Positions 9,949-19,343 of a stretch of DNA of 64,000 nt are shown here, one piece after another. The notes under the pieces were generated by a model that was given only the letters and a program-made list of their open reading frames with translations, had not been told where the DNA came from and did no database searches. Source of the stretch: Dehalococcoidia bacterium (GTDB lineage Bacteria; Chloroflexota; Dehalococcoidia; Lucifugimonadales; UBA3495); assembly GCA_965199995.1 (NCBI GenBank), contig OZ241328.1, positions 716,627-780,626 of the forward strand. Direction: 5' to 3'. Each line of letters starts with the position of its first letter. The stretch's first letter is position 1. A program made the translations under genes and the position numbers.

Positions 9949-11239
9949 GCAGCCCGCTGCCGCCAATCTCGCCGAACTGGCCGGAACGCTGAATCTGAAA
10001 GTCGCCAGAGTACTTGACCGCGCTCTGGGCGGCGAGGATATATCTGCCGAAGAGGGCGCAGTTCTCTTCGGCGCGACCGGGGCCGAATATAACGCCATAA
10101 TCCTGGTGGCCGACGAACTGCGCCATAGGACCGTTGGCGACATCGCCACTTATGTGGTCAACCGCAATATCAACTTCACCAACGTTTGTATCAAGCGTTG
10201 CGGATTCTGTGCTTTCAGCCGCGACTTCCGCGAGGAAGAAGGCTATTTCCTGCCCATCGAAGAAATCGTCCGCCGCGCCCAGGAAGCCTGGGACTACGGC
10301 GCCACGGAAGTCTGCATTCAGGCCGGTCTCCCGCCGCAGATGGAAGGTGACCTGTATATCCGTCTCTGCGCCGCCGTCAAGGAAGCATTGCCCGATATGC
10401 ACATCCACGGCTTTTCGCCAGAGGAAGTGCTGTACGGCTCTATCCGCTCCCGCTGCTCCATCCGCGAGTATCTGGAGGGGTTGAAGGCCGCCGGGGTAGG
10501 CAGCCTGCCGGGAACCTCCGCCGAGGTGCTGGACCAGGAACTGCGCGACCGCATCTCCCCAGGGCGCATCTCTGTTGACCAGTGGATAGAGGTAATCACT
10601 ACGGCCCACGAGCTGGGCATCCCGACGACTTCCACCGTGATGTTTGGCCACCGCGAAACCCCCGAACAACTTTGTAATCACATGGCCCTGTTGCGGGGCC
10701 TTCAGCAACAAACCGGGGGCATCACCGAGTTCGTGCCTCTCAGCTTCGTTCACACGGAAGCTCCTATGTTCCTCAAGGGACTGGTGCAGAACGTTCGGCC
10801 CGGCCCCACCGGGATGGACGTGGTAAAGATGCACGCCATCGCCCGCATTATGCTGAACAACTGGATTCCCAATGTTCAGGCTTCCTGGGTGAAGGAAGGC
10901 TCGCGGATGTCGCAGCTTCTGTTGACCGCCGGAGTGAATGACCTGGGCGGGACGCTGATAAACGAGAGCATATCCACTGCCGCCGGGGCGCAGCACGGGC
11001 AGCTTATGCGTCCGTCCGAGTTCCGCGGCATGATTCGCGCGGCCGGCCGCATCCCTGCCGAGCGCACTACCACATACGAACTGCGGCGGGTATTTGGCGA
11101 TACGGATGAAGAGCATGACCCGCTGGATTTGGTGGGCGACAACGTGGAAGAGATTTTCGGCTCCTATAACCGGCTGGTGAAGCTGGATTCTTACCGCTTT
11201 GAGCATCCCCGCCACGCTGCCGAGGGGGCCGGCGTATAG
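9899..11239 (+). CDS. cofH: FO synthase subunit 2 (CofH)
   Basis: 446 aa; radical SAM motif CIKRCGFCAF. Overlaps the cofG 3' end; alternative in-frame ATGs at 9908 and 9932. Confidence 0.85.
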   Translation: MTDMYEGESNDMSGTTEQPAAANLAELAGTLNLKVARVLDRALGGEDISAEEGAVLFGATGAEYNAIILVADELRHRTVGDIATYVVNRNINFTNVCIKRCGFCAFSRDFREEEGYFLPIEEIVRRAQEAWDYGATEVCIQAGLPPQMEGDLYIRLCAAVKEALPDMHIHGFSPEEVLYGSIRSRCSIREYLEGLKAAGVGSLPGTSAEVLDQELRDRISPGRISVDQWIEVITTAHELGIPTTSTVMFGHRETPEQLCNHMALLRGLQQQTGGITEFVPLSFVHTEAPMFLKGLVQNVRPGPTGMDVVKMHAIARIMLNNWIPNVQASWVKEGSRMSQLLLTAGVNDLGGTLINESISTAAGAQHGQLMRPSEFRGMIRAAGRIPAERTTTYELRRVFGDTDEEHDPLDLVGDNVEEIFGSYNRLVKLDSYRFEHPRHAAEGAGV

Positions 11240-11335
11240 CATCCGCCGCGGATTCTGTGGGTGTAGCCGGTTGGGCTCCTTGAACTGCCTGCCTCCTTTG
11301 CCGAAAGAACTTCCGGCCGCGGCGGCCTCGCTCCG

Positions 11336-12283
11336 ATGAGTGCTGGCTCTGGCGGCATACGTGTGCTTGCCCTGGCTGGCGGTGTCGGCGGGGCCAAACT
11401 AGCCGTCGGCCTGGCTCGCTGCCTGCCACCGGATGAGCTGGTGATGGTGGTGAATACGGGCGATGACGAGGAGTTTCACGGTCTTCATGTGTCGCCCGAC
11501 CTGGATACCATGATGTACACTCTGGCAGGGCTGTCTAATCCGGAAACCGGCTGGGGGTTGAACGGCGACACTTTCACGGCTCTGGCTATGCTCCGCCAGT
11601 ACGGGGCCGACTCTTGGTTCAACCTCGGCGACCGCGACTTGGCGACTCATATCCACCGGACGCAACTGCTGAGACAGGGTTTCACCTTGACCGAGGTTAC
11701 CGCGCAGCTCTGCGGCGCTTTGGGCGTGGCGCACCAGATTGCGCCTATGAGCGATCAGCCCGTGCGCACCGTGCTGGAAACCGCCGAGGGTCATCTCTCC
11801 ATGCAGGAGTATTTTGTGCGGCGGCGCGCTCAACCAGACGTGTCCACGGTTCGCTACGTAGGCGCGTCTGACGCGGCCCCGTCGCCGGCGGTGGACGCCG
11901 CGTTAGCGCAGTCGCGGATGCTAGTAATATGTCCATCCAACCCGGCCCTGAGTGTTCTGCCCATCGTTGAAATTTCAGGAATGAGAAACCGGCTATGCGC
12001 CTTCAACGGTCTGCGCGTGGCGGTCAGTCCCATCGTAGGCGGCGATGCCGTGCGCGGCCCAGCAGGGAGGATAATGGCCGGTCTGGGCTATGAGGTTTCC
12101 GTTGGGGGCGTCGCCAGGCTTTATCGCGATTTCTGCGACGTGCTGGTGATAGACCGGCAGGATGAAGGACTGGCTTCCGCTGTGGCCGAAGCCGGGTTGC
12201 GTCCGGTGGTAACGAACACAATTATGAACTCGCTCCAAGATCGCATAGATCTGGCCCAAAAAGTTTTGTCGCTGCAGGAATAG
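11336..12283 (+). CDS. cofD: 2-phospho-L-lactate transferase (CofD/FbiA)
   Basis: 315 aa; VLALAGGVGGAKLAVGL and VNTGDDEEFHGLHVSPDLDT blocks typical of CofD. Confidence 0.85.
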   Translation: MSAGSGGIRVLALAGGVGGAKLAVGLARCLPPDELVMVVNTGDDEEFHGLHVSPDLDTMMYTLAGLSNPETGWGLNGDTFTALAMLRQYGADSWFNLGDRDLATHIHRTQLLRQGFTLTEVTAQLCGALGVAHQIAPMSDQPVRTVLETAEGHLSMQEYFVRRRAQPDVSTVRYVGASDAAPSPAVDAALAQSRMLVICPSNPALSVLPIVEISGMRNRLCAFNGLRVAVSPIVGGDAVRGPAGRIMAGLGYEVSVGGVARLYRDFCDVLVIDRQDEGLASAVAEAGLRPVVTNTIMNSLQDRIDLAQKVLSLQE

Positions 12284-12303
12284 AAACACGACACCGTTCG
12301 CCT

Positions 12304-12957
12304 GTGGAATTTGATTTAGTTGCCGCCATGTCTAATGAGGAACACGGTATAGCCGCCATCATTCCTATGAAACCCTTATCCGAGGGCAAGAGCCGGTTGG
12401 CGCGCAGTCTTACCCCCAGCCAGAGGACCAGAATCAGCGCTGGTATGCTTCGCCGCGTGCTGATTGCCCTGAGCGGAGCGTCCATAGACCCGATATGGGT
12501 TGTGGGCGGAGACGAGCGCGTGAAACATCTGGCGCGCAATCAAGGGGGGATTTGGTTCGAGGAAATGGGGCGCAACCTGAACGATACCCTGACTAAGGCC
12601 ATCGAGCAGGCCTTTGAGCGGGGGAAATCCGCCCTCTATATTGCGGGAGACCTGCCTTTTGTCAAGTCTTCCGACATACATTCGTTCATCCAGGCGTCCC
12701 GCGGGGCAGGTAACGTCACCCTAGCCCCGGCGCGGCGCGACGGCGGCACTAACGCCATGCTGGTGCCTCATGGCGTAAACTTCAAGCCCGAACTGGGCCG
12801 ACGCAGTTTTAGCAAGCATCTGCGCCAGGCCGCCAGAATGGAGACTTCCGTAGCCATCGCTTACAGCCCGGGTCTGGGCTACGATCTGGACATAGAGGAT
12901 GACCTGGAATCCTACCAGCACATGGAGCCGGGTCTAATGGACCGCTTGATGCGGTAA
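12304..12957 (+). CDS. cofC: Phospholactate/phosphoenolpyruvate guanylyltransferase (CofC/FbiD)
   Basis: AIIPMKPLSEGKSRLA motif and position after cofD. Alternative ATG start at 12328. Confidence 0.75.
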   Translation: MEFDLVAAMSNEEHGIAAIIPMKPLSEGKSRLARSLTPSQRTRISAGMLRRVLIALSGASIDPIWVVGGDERVKHLARNQGGIWFEEMGRNLNDTLTKAIEQAFERGKSALYIAGDLPFVKSSDIHSFIQASRGAGNVTLAPARRDGGTNAMLVPHGVNFKPELGRRSFSKHLRQAARMETSVAIAYSPGLGYDLDIEDDLESYQHMEPGLMDRLMR

Positions 12958-13047
12958 CCCGGAATCAACATTGCCGGACACGGGAATTGAGATTGCCGTG
13001 TCCCTTTTCGCAGTCCTCGAATCCGGAGAGCCTTAAATCGTTTATCG

Positions 13048-14022
13048 GTGGAAAAAATGAGCGAAGACAAGCCAAATCTGGGCGTGCTGCTTCCCACAAG
13101 AGGGATTTTGCTCCGAGGCGAACAGCCCGACAACGCTGGCCGCGTATTCCGAATGGCGGAACGGGTCGAAGAGTCTGGGCTGGATTCGGTGTGGGTGGGC
13201 GATAGTTTGACAGCTAAGCCCCGGCTGGAGCCGCTGGCGACGCTGGGGGCGTTAGCCGCGCGAACCAGCCGCGTTCGCCTCGGCACGGCAGTATTGTTGC
13301 CGGCGTTGCGCCATCCTGTTTTGATGGCCCAGACAATGGCGACAGTTGACCTGATTTCCGAAGGCCGCCTGATCATCGGAGCCGGGGTGGGCGGCGCGTT
13401 CAACGACGAGCAGCGCGGCGAGTGGGCTGCGGCCGACGTTGACCCCAAGCGGCGCGCCCACCGGTTCGAGGAAGTGGTGGAAATCGCGAAAGGCTTAGGC
13501 CCCGGCCAGCCCCACAGCCATGAAGGACGGCACTTCTCCCTGGATTCCGTGACCATGCTCCCCAAGGCCACGCAGCCCGACGGTATTCCCTGGCTTTTGG
13601 CCACCCATCACCGGGCCAGGCAGCAAGCCCAGATTGACCGGGCTGCCCGGATTGGAGACGGCGTGATAGCCATATCCGACACACCGGAGGAATTTGCCGA
13701 AGTAATCGCCCAAGTAGACGCCAAAGCCGAAGAATACGGACGTGACACCACCCGCCGGGAAAATGTTTACTACCTCACCGTAAATCTTGACGAAGATGAA
13801 GCATCGGCAAAGGCTGATGCGGAAGACTGGCTGATGCGCTACTATGGGGCCAACATCTGGGGCACCCGCTGGGGGCCCTTTGGCGGCGTCCAGCAGGTGG
13901 CCGACCGCATGGCGGCCTATGCCGAAGCAGGCGCGGACACGTTGATAGTGCGTTTGGCGACTTTCGACCCAGAACGCCAGCTTGACGTTTTCCTCGACCG
14001 CATAGCTCCGCAATTCGCCTAA
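13048..14022 (+). CDS. LLM-class F420/flavin-dependent oxidoreductase
   Basis: 324 aa; VWVGDSL..RLGTAVLLPALRHPVLMAQTMATVDLISEGRLIIGAGVGG. Lies immediately after the cof genes. Confidence 0.8.
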   Translation: MEKMSEDKPNLGVLLPTRGILLRGEQPDNAGRVFRMAERVEESGLDSVWVGDSLTAKPRLEPLATLGALAARTSRVRLGTAVLLPALRHPVLMAQTMATVDLISEGRLIIGAGVGGAFNDEQRGEWAAADVDPKRRAHRFEEVVEIAKGLGPGQPHSHEGRHFSLDSVTMLPKATQPDGIPWLLATHHRARQQAQIDRAARIGDGVIAISDTPEEFAEVIAQVDAKAEEYGRDTTRRENVYYLTVNLDEDEASAKADAEDWLMRYYGANIWGTRWGPFGGVQQVADRMAAYAEAGADTLIVRLATFDPERQLDVFLDRIAPQFA

Positions 14023-14180
14023 CAGCCACCGTTTAGCCGGGGCAGGAATCCGTAACCCAGTTCCTGGGGCGCTCCTGCCGTTGCCGGGACTGACAAATTC
14101 CCGGATTGGCTCGAATGGTGGGGCTTGTCCGGCGCTGTGCCTCCCGCAGCATAAAAACGTAAACGGGACGAGAGAGAGTA

Positions 14181-14954
14181 GTGGTTCCCATAGATCTGTC
14201 CGGCAAGAACGGCATCGTACTGGGCGTAGCCAATGAGCGCAGTATCGCCTGGGGTATCGCCCAGGCGCTCTCCGCTGCCGGTGCCCGGTTGGCTCTGACC
14301 TACCAGGGCGAGAGGCTGAAGGAGCGCGTCGAGCGTCTGTCGGCCTCGCTGGAAAACCCTTTGTTGCTGCCGTGCGACGCTACTGATGATGCGGAAATTG
14401 AGCAGGTCTTTGATGCGTTGAGCCGGGAGTTCGGGGAAATCTCTTTTCTCATCCACAGCATCGCTTTCGCCAACCGGGAAGACTTGAACGGCCGCTTCGT
14501 TGACACGGGGCGGGACGGTTTCCGGCTGGCCCTGGAAGTAAGCGCATATTCCCTTCTGCCCTTGGTGCGGTATGCTGCGCCCTTGATGCCAGACGGCGGC
14601 AGTGTGGTCGCCATGACCTTTGACGCATCGCAACGGGTATATCCGGGATACAACGTGATGGGGTCGGCAAAAGCGGCTTTGGAGCATGCCGTAAGGCAAC
14701 TGGCCGCTGAAATGGGCCCAGCGAACATCCGGGTCAATGCCATATCCGCCGGGCCCTTGGAGACCCTGGCGGCTCGAGGCATCAGCGGCTTCCGGGATAT
14801 GCGCCACACCCATGCCGAAAGGTCCCCCCTGCAACGCAACATTACCGGGGAAGAAGTGGCGCAGACGGCGCTGTTCCTTTGCAGCGGGCTGTCCAGCGGC
14901 ATCACCGGCGCGGTTATACCCGTAGATGCAGGGTATCACATTATGGCAGTGTAG
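14181..14954 (+). CDS. fabI: Enoyl-ACP reductase (NADH) FabI
   Basis: 257 aa; LSGKNGIVLGVANERSIAWGIA, YNVMGSAKAALE (Y..K catalytic pair). Confidence 0.85.
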   Translation: MVPIDLSGKNGIVLGVANERSIAWGIAQALSAAGARLALTYQGERLKERVERLSASLENPLLLPCDATDDAEIEQVFDALSREFGEISFLIHSIAFANREDLNGRFVDTGRDGFRLALEVSAYSLLPLVRYAAPLMPDGGSVVAMTFDASQRVYPGYNVMGSAKAALEHAVRQLAAEMGPANIRVNAISAGPLETLAARGISGFRDMRHTHAERSPLQRNITGEEVAQTALFLCSGLSSGITGAVIPVDAGYHIMAV

Positions 14955-14989
14955 AAACCGCCACACGACAGCCAAGAGGTTAAAATAGC

Positions 14990-15022
14990 GATGGGGCAGA
15001 CTACTGAATAGTCTGCCCCATC
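14990..15022. terminator. Hairpin between convergent fabI and the TPR gene (T-tract on the minus-strand side)
   Basis: Perfect 14-bp stem GATGGGGCAGACTA / TAGTCTGCCCCATC with loop CTGAA. The minus-strand reading is followed by CGCTATTTTAA. Confidence 0.55.
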
Positions 15023-15055
15023 GTCGAGTATAATCGTTGTTTCTCGGGCCGCCGG

Positions 15056-15928
15056 TCAGGAACCGGCGTTGAGAACCTGGATCTGGCGGTAGTCTTCTTC
15101 GGCGCGCTCGCCGCGGCCCTGCTGGGTATAGGCTTCCGCCCGGCGCTCGAAGGCCTCCCGATGCTTCGGGTCCAAGGCAATCGCCTTAGTGAACTGGTCT
15201 ATCGCCTCCTGCAACTTCCCTTCGCTCAACAGCACGGCGCCCCGCTCGGTCATTGTAGCCGCTGTTGGGGCAGGCCCCGGAGTTGGCAACCCCCACGGGC
15301 GGGGAGCAGGCTCCGGCTCCCCTTCAGGAGCCGCTGGTTCTGCAACAGGACCTTCTCCACGAGAATCCTCCGGGGGCGGCGCCGCCACAGGTTGAGGCGC
15401 AACCTCGGGAGTATACTGCGAACTTTCCGTCGTCTCGGATACAGGTTCGGCAGGCTTCTCCGAAGGCGGTGAAACCGCAGATTCAGCCGGTGCTTCGGAG
15501 GGACGCTCCATAGTCGCTGCTGACGAGGCTGAAGGCTGGTGCATCTCGGAAGCAAGCACTGTGTCGCTGGTTTCGGGAGAGTATTCGCGAGAAAGATCCC
15601 AGCCGCACTTGATGCAGAAATTCTGCCTCGGCGAATGCGGGCTGGCGCACTTGGGACAGGTGTCGCGCCGCGGACGCTTGGATGCCAGGTCTGTGGGCCT
15701 CACGAAGAACATGAGGTACAGAACCGGCGCAACACTCAAGAGACGCACTTGGTCGAAGGGCAGAAAACCGATAATGAGAGCTGCCCCACCCCATACCCAA
15801 GGACTGCGCCCTCTCGCCAAGGCGGCTCGGGCCGTCCAGAAAGCAACGAAAATCGTTAGAGCGTAAAGAAAAATATCTCTTGTTTCTAGTCCGAAAATCC
15901 CGGGCCTCCGCAAGGCTGTTTGGCGCAA
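15056..15928 (-). CDS. Membrane protein with zinc-ribbon, Pro/Glu-rich linker and C-terminal TPR
   Basis: 290 aa; hydrophobic N-terminus; CPKC..(x11)..CIKC zinc ribbon; TPR-like LQEAIDQFTKAIALDPKHREAFERRAEAY. Confidence 0.6.
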   Translation of the reverse strand: MRQTALRRPGIFGLETRDIFLYALTIFVAFWTARAALARGRSPWVWGGAALIIGFLPFDQVRLLSVAPVLYLMFFVRPTDLASKRPRRDTCPKCASPHSPRQNFCIKCGWDLSREYSPETSDTVLASEMHQPSASSAATMERPSEAPAESAVSPPSEKPAEPVSETTESSQYTPEVAPQPVAAPPPEDSRGEGPVAEPAAPEGEPEPAPRPWGLPTPGPAPTAATMTERGAVLLSEGKLQEAIDQFTKAIALDPKHREAFERRAEAYTQQGRGERAEEDYRQIQVLNAGS

Positions 15929-16104
15929 TGATTAACGCCGTTCGTGATGTTCCTTTCCAGAAATGAATATACTAAAATTCGCTGCTTAAGGCAACGCCGG
16001 ATACGAAGTTTAGTCTAGTCCCAAATGTCTGGCAAGGGGCTGCCCTGCGCAACGGATTTCTCTGGGCGGTAACCGCTGATACCTGCAAGTATCAAGTATC
16101 AAGA

Positions 16105-16133
16105 ATGACGTAAGGGGGTAGTTTCGATATAAT
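16105..16133 (+). promoter_or_regulatory. Candidate sigma70-type promoter for the FBP aldolase/phosphatase gene
   Basis: ATGACG - 17 nt - TATAAT, about 70 nt upstream of ATG 16202. Confidence 0.3.
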
Positions 16134-16201
16134 GGCGGGAGAAAATTGATTTTGTGCGCGCCGTTCCGTGGCGCCATGGGCGCCGGGCGCTGAGGAGGAC
16201 T

Positions 16202-17383
16202 ATGAAAATTACGCTATCGATTCTCAAGGCCGATGTGGGTTCCATTGGTGGCCACACCAAGCCTTCCCAGCGCATGATGGACTCGGTGCGCGCCGACGCG
16301 GACGCCGCCATCCAGTCAGGGCTGCTGATAGACGCTTTCGTAGGCCACACCGGCGACGACATCTGTATCGTGGCCTCCCACATCCGAGGAGAAAATGATA
16401 CCGAAGTCCACCAGTTCGCTTGGAACGCTTTTCTGAAGGCCACCGCCATCGCCAGCGAGTACGGCCTCTATGGTGCCGGTCAGGACCTGCTGGTGGACGC
16501 TCCGTCGGGCAACATCCGGGGCGCAGGCCCAGCCGTGGCGGAAATAGAGTTCGACCACGACCCGGTGAAGACCAATTCAGTGCGCCCAGCCGAATCCTTT
16601 ATGGTGTTGGCCGCCGACAAATGCGGCCCCGGAGCCTACAACCTGCCCATGTTCCTCGGCTTTGCCGACCCGATGTACTGCGCTGGGCTGATGCTGCCCC
16701 GTATTGGAGAAGGTTTCACCTTCAACATCATCGACATGGACAACACCGGCGGCGATAGCCTGATTTCCCTGAACGCCCCGGAAGACTACTACAAGATAAC
16801 CGTTTTGTTGCGCGATAACGAGCGATTCGCCATAGAAAGCATTGTATCCCGCTACACCGGCCAGGTCGCGGCGGCGATTTCGGCTACGCGGATGCACAAC
16901 ATCGCCGGCACCTATACCGGGAAGGATGACCCGGTAGCCCTGGTTAGGAATCAAGGCATCTTTCCCGCCCCTGAAGAGCTGATTTCGCCTTACGCCAAGG
17001 CCCACTACATCGGCGGGGACGCGCGCGGCTCCCATGTTATGCCGATGATGCCCGTAGCCATCAACACCGCGGTAACGGGAATGTACTGTCTGCCGCTAGT
17101 CTCGTGCATCGGCTTCTCTTTGAGCAAGGAAGGCAAGTTCGCCGACTCCTTCGCCGATTTCTTCGACAACCCGGCTTGGGACTATGTGCGCAACCTGGCC
17201 CAGGAAAAGGGTATCGCCATGCGCGGGCAAGGCTGGTCGGGGGCTGCCATGCTGCCCTACGGCGAGCTGGAATATTCAGGCTTCCGAACCAGCATCGGCA
17301 ACCTGGTCGAGCGCTTTGCCTACCGCAACGGCAAGGAATCCAGCGCTATCCCCGAAAAGGCCGGGGCCGCGGACGACGACTAG
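16202..17383 (+). CDS. Bifunctional fructose-1,6-bisphosphate aldolase/phosphatase (class V, archaeal type)
   Basis: MKITLSILKADVGSIGGHTKPS N-terminus is diagnostic of the FBPA/P family. ATG 16202 follows GAGGAGGA; the track start at 16154 is probably too long. Confidence 0.85.
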   Translation: MKITLSILKADVGSIGGHTKPSQRMMDSVRADADAAIQSGLLIDAFVGHTGDDICIVASHIRGENDTEVHQFAWNAFLKATAIASEYGLYGAGQDLLVDAPSGNIRGAGPAVAEIEFDHDPVKTNSVRPAESFMVLAADKCGPGAYNLPMFLGFADPMYCAGLMLPRIGEGFTFNIIDMDNTGGDSLISLNAPEDYYKITVLLRDNERFAIESIVSRYTGQVAAAISATRMHNIAGTYTGKDDPVALVRNQGIFPAPEELISPYAKAHYIGGDARGSHVMPMMPVAINTAVTGMYCLPLVSCIGFSLSKEGKFADSFADFFDNPAWDYVRNLAQEKGIAMRGQGWSGAAMLPYGELEYSGFRTSIGNLVERFAYRNGKESSAIPEKAGAADDD

Positions 17384-17403
17384 ACTGCCGCTGACGCCCA
17401 GCA

Positions 17404-17439
17404 AAGAGAGCGCCGGGGCCCAAACTCCGGCGCTCTCTT
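17404..17439. terminator. Bidirectional hairpin between convergent FBPA/P and aspS
   Basis: 13-bp stem AAGAGAGCGCCGG / CCGGCGCTCTCTT with a 10-nt loop. Confidence 0.6.
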
Positions 17440-17459
17440 CGCCTAACTGCCTGAGCCGG

Positions 17460-19265
17460 TTAGTCCGCTATTCGCAAGGACAATTCCCGCAGTTGCGAAG
17501 GGGCGACCTCTGCGGGAGAGTTGAAAAGCAAATCGGCGCCGCTCTGGGTCTTAGGAAAGGCGATAACATCTCGTATGGAGCCGGCACCGGCGAGGATGGC
17601 GACTAGCCGGTCTATGCCGGGGGCGATGCCGCCGTGGGGCGGAGCTCCGTACTCGAATGCTTCCAAAATCTGCCGGAAGCGTTCTCCCACGTCCTCCCGG
17701 GTGTAGCCTAGAATGGAGAATATCTTTTCCTGCAACTCGCGCCGGTGGATACGTATGCTGCCGCTGGCCAGCTCAGAACCGTTGCAAACCAGGTCGTAAG
17801 CCTTGGAGCGAAGGGAGCCCAGGTCATCGCCGTCCAGCAGTCCTTCCTCCCCGTCAGCGGGCGACGTGAAGGGGTGGTGCGACGAGTCCCAGCGTTTAGC
17901 GTCTTCATTCCATTCGAATAATGGAAAGTCAGTGACGAAAGCAAAGGCCAATTCGTCGGGGTCGGCCAGTTCCAGCAGTTCGGCCATGTGATTGCGCATA
18001 GCGTTCAGCCAAACGTTGACCCGGGCAGGAGGCCCTGCCATAAGCAGAGCCATGTCGCCAGGCCTGGCGCCCATCCTGGCGGCTAATCGCCCATGCCATT
18101 CTGCAGGCATTCGCAACCCCGCCGATTGCAGAATTTCTTCATCGCTTTGCTCGGCCACGGGCGCGGCGCCCCGGTATCGGATGTGGGCCAGCCCTCCTGC
18201 GCCCGCTTCCCGGGCGAAGGCGTCCAGTTCCCGCACCTGCGAGGTAGTGTACGCCGCGAGCCCGGGCGCTACGAAGCCCTTGATGCAGCCGCCGTTCTCG
18301 ATGGTGGACAGGAACACCCGGAACTCGGTTTCTGACGCCAGGCCGGTCACGTCGGTCATTTCCAAGCCGAAGCGCAGGTCCGGCTTGTCGGAAGCGTAGC
18401 GGGCCATGGCCTCGGAGTGGGTAAGGCGCAGGAAAGGCTTACGCAGTTTCTTGTTTGGGGCAACCGTCTCTATCATGCCGGTGTACAGTTCTTCGGTGAG
18501 GGAGAGGACGTCTTCTTGGTCAACGAAGCTCATCTCCAGGTCGAGCTGGGTGAACTCCGGCTGGCGGTCGGCGCGCATATCCTCGTCCCGGAAGCAGCGG
18601 GCTATCTGGAAGTAGCGCTCCACCCCAGACACCATGAGCAATTGTTTCAACTGCTGGGGCGACTGGGGCAAGGCATAAAAGCTGCCGGGCTGAAGCCGGC
18701 TGGGGACAAGGAAGTCGCGGGCACCCTCGGGCGTGCTCTTGATTAGGATAGGAGTCTCGATCTCCAGAAAACCTTGAGCATCCAGAAAATCGCGGATGTA
18801 CTTCACTACCCGGTGGCGAAGGAGCAAATTCTGTTGCATTGCGGGCCGGCGCAGGTCGAGATAGCGGTAGCGCAGGCGCAGGCTTTCGTCGGCTCCGGCG
18901 TCGTCGGTGATGTAGAAGGGCGGGGTTAGGGAACGGTTCAGCACCGATACCTCCGAAGCGATCACCTCAATGTCGCCGGTCTCCATCGCCGGGTTCTCGC
19001 TGCCCCCAGGCCGTTTCCGGACGTGGCCCTTAACTTGCACCACCCATTCTTGCCGCAACTCTTCGGCGGTGCGAGCAGCCTCGGCCGACAACCCGGAGCC
19101 TGTATCAGGGCCGGGGTTGAAAACGACCTGCACCACGCCGGAGCGATCGCGCAAGTCCAGGAATATAATGCCGCCATGGTCCCGGCGGCGGCCAACCCAT
19201 CCGGCCAGGGTTACATCGGAGTCGGCGTCGCTAAGGCGCAGGGCACCGCAGTTGGAGCCCTTCAT
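17460..19265 (-). CDS. aspS: Aspartyl-tRNA synthetase
   Basis: VTLAGWVGRRRDHGGIIFLDLRDRSG, FQIARCFRDED, class II motif 3 region GGIAPGIDRL. ATG 19265 is preferred over GTG 19283. Confidence 0.9.
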   Translation of the reverse strand: MKGSNCGALRLSDADSDVTLAGWVGRRRDHGGIIFLDLRDRSGVVQVVFNPGPDTGSGLSAEAARTAEELRQEWVVQVKGHVRKRPGGSENPAMETGDIEVIASEVSVLNRSLTPPFYITDDAGADESLRLRYRYLDLRRPAMQQNLLLRHRVVKYIRDFLDAQGFLEIETPILIKSTPEGARDFLVPSRLQPGSFYALPQSPQQLKQLLMVSGVERYFQIARCFRDEDMRADRQPEFTQLDLEMSFVDQEDVLSLTEELYTGMIETVAPNKKLRKPFLRLTHSEAMARYASDKPDLRFGLEMTDVTGLASETEFRVFLSTIENGGCIKGFVAPGLAAYTTSQVRELDAFAREAGAGGLAHIRYRGAAPVAEQSDEEILQSAGLRMPAEWHGRLAARMGARPGDMALLMAGPPARVNVWLNAMRNHMAELLELADPDELAFAFVTDFPLFEWNEDAKRWDSSHHPFTSPADGEEGLLDGDDLGSLRSKAYDLVCNGSELASGSIRIHRRELQEKIFSILGYTREDVGERFRQILEAFEYGAPPHGGIAPGIDRLVAILAGAGSIRDVIAFPKTQSGADLLFNSPAEVAPSQLRELSLRIAD

Positions 19266-19295
19266 TCGGGAAAATGCGGGCACGCAGGGCCTCCC

Positions 19296-19325
19296 AATAA
19301 GTTATCTCTGAATAAGTTATCTCTG
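19296..19325. repeat. Perfect 15-bp tandem duplication (AATAAGTTATCTCTG x2) in the aspS leader
   Basis: Read directly; about 30 nt upstream of the aspS start on the minus strand. Confidence 0.85.
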
Positions 19326-19343
19326 AATGAAGGATATGGCGGT

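Noticed and set aside
9875-11242. 455-aa minus-strand ORF
   Set aside because: It is exactly antisense to cofH, which has a clear radical SAM motif and family blocks. Long antisense ORFs are expected in GC-rich DNA, and this one has no recognisable motif.
14019-14975. 318-aa minus-strand ORF
   Set aside because: It is antisense to fabI.
19266-19343. T-box leader upstream of aspS
   Set aside because: Only about 78 nt are available before the upstream gene's stop. That is too short for a T-box, and no specifier or T-box sequence is seen. The region holds only the 15-bp duplication.
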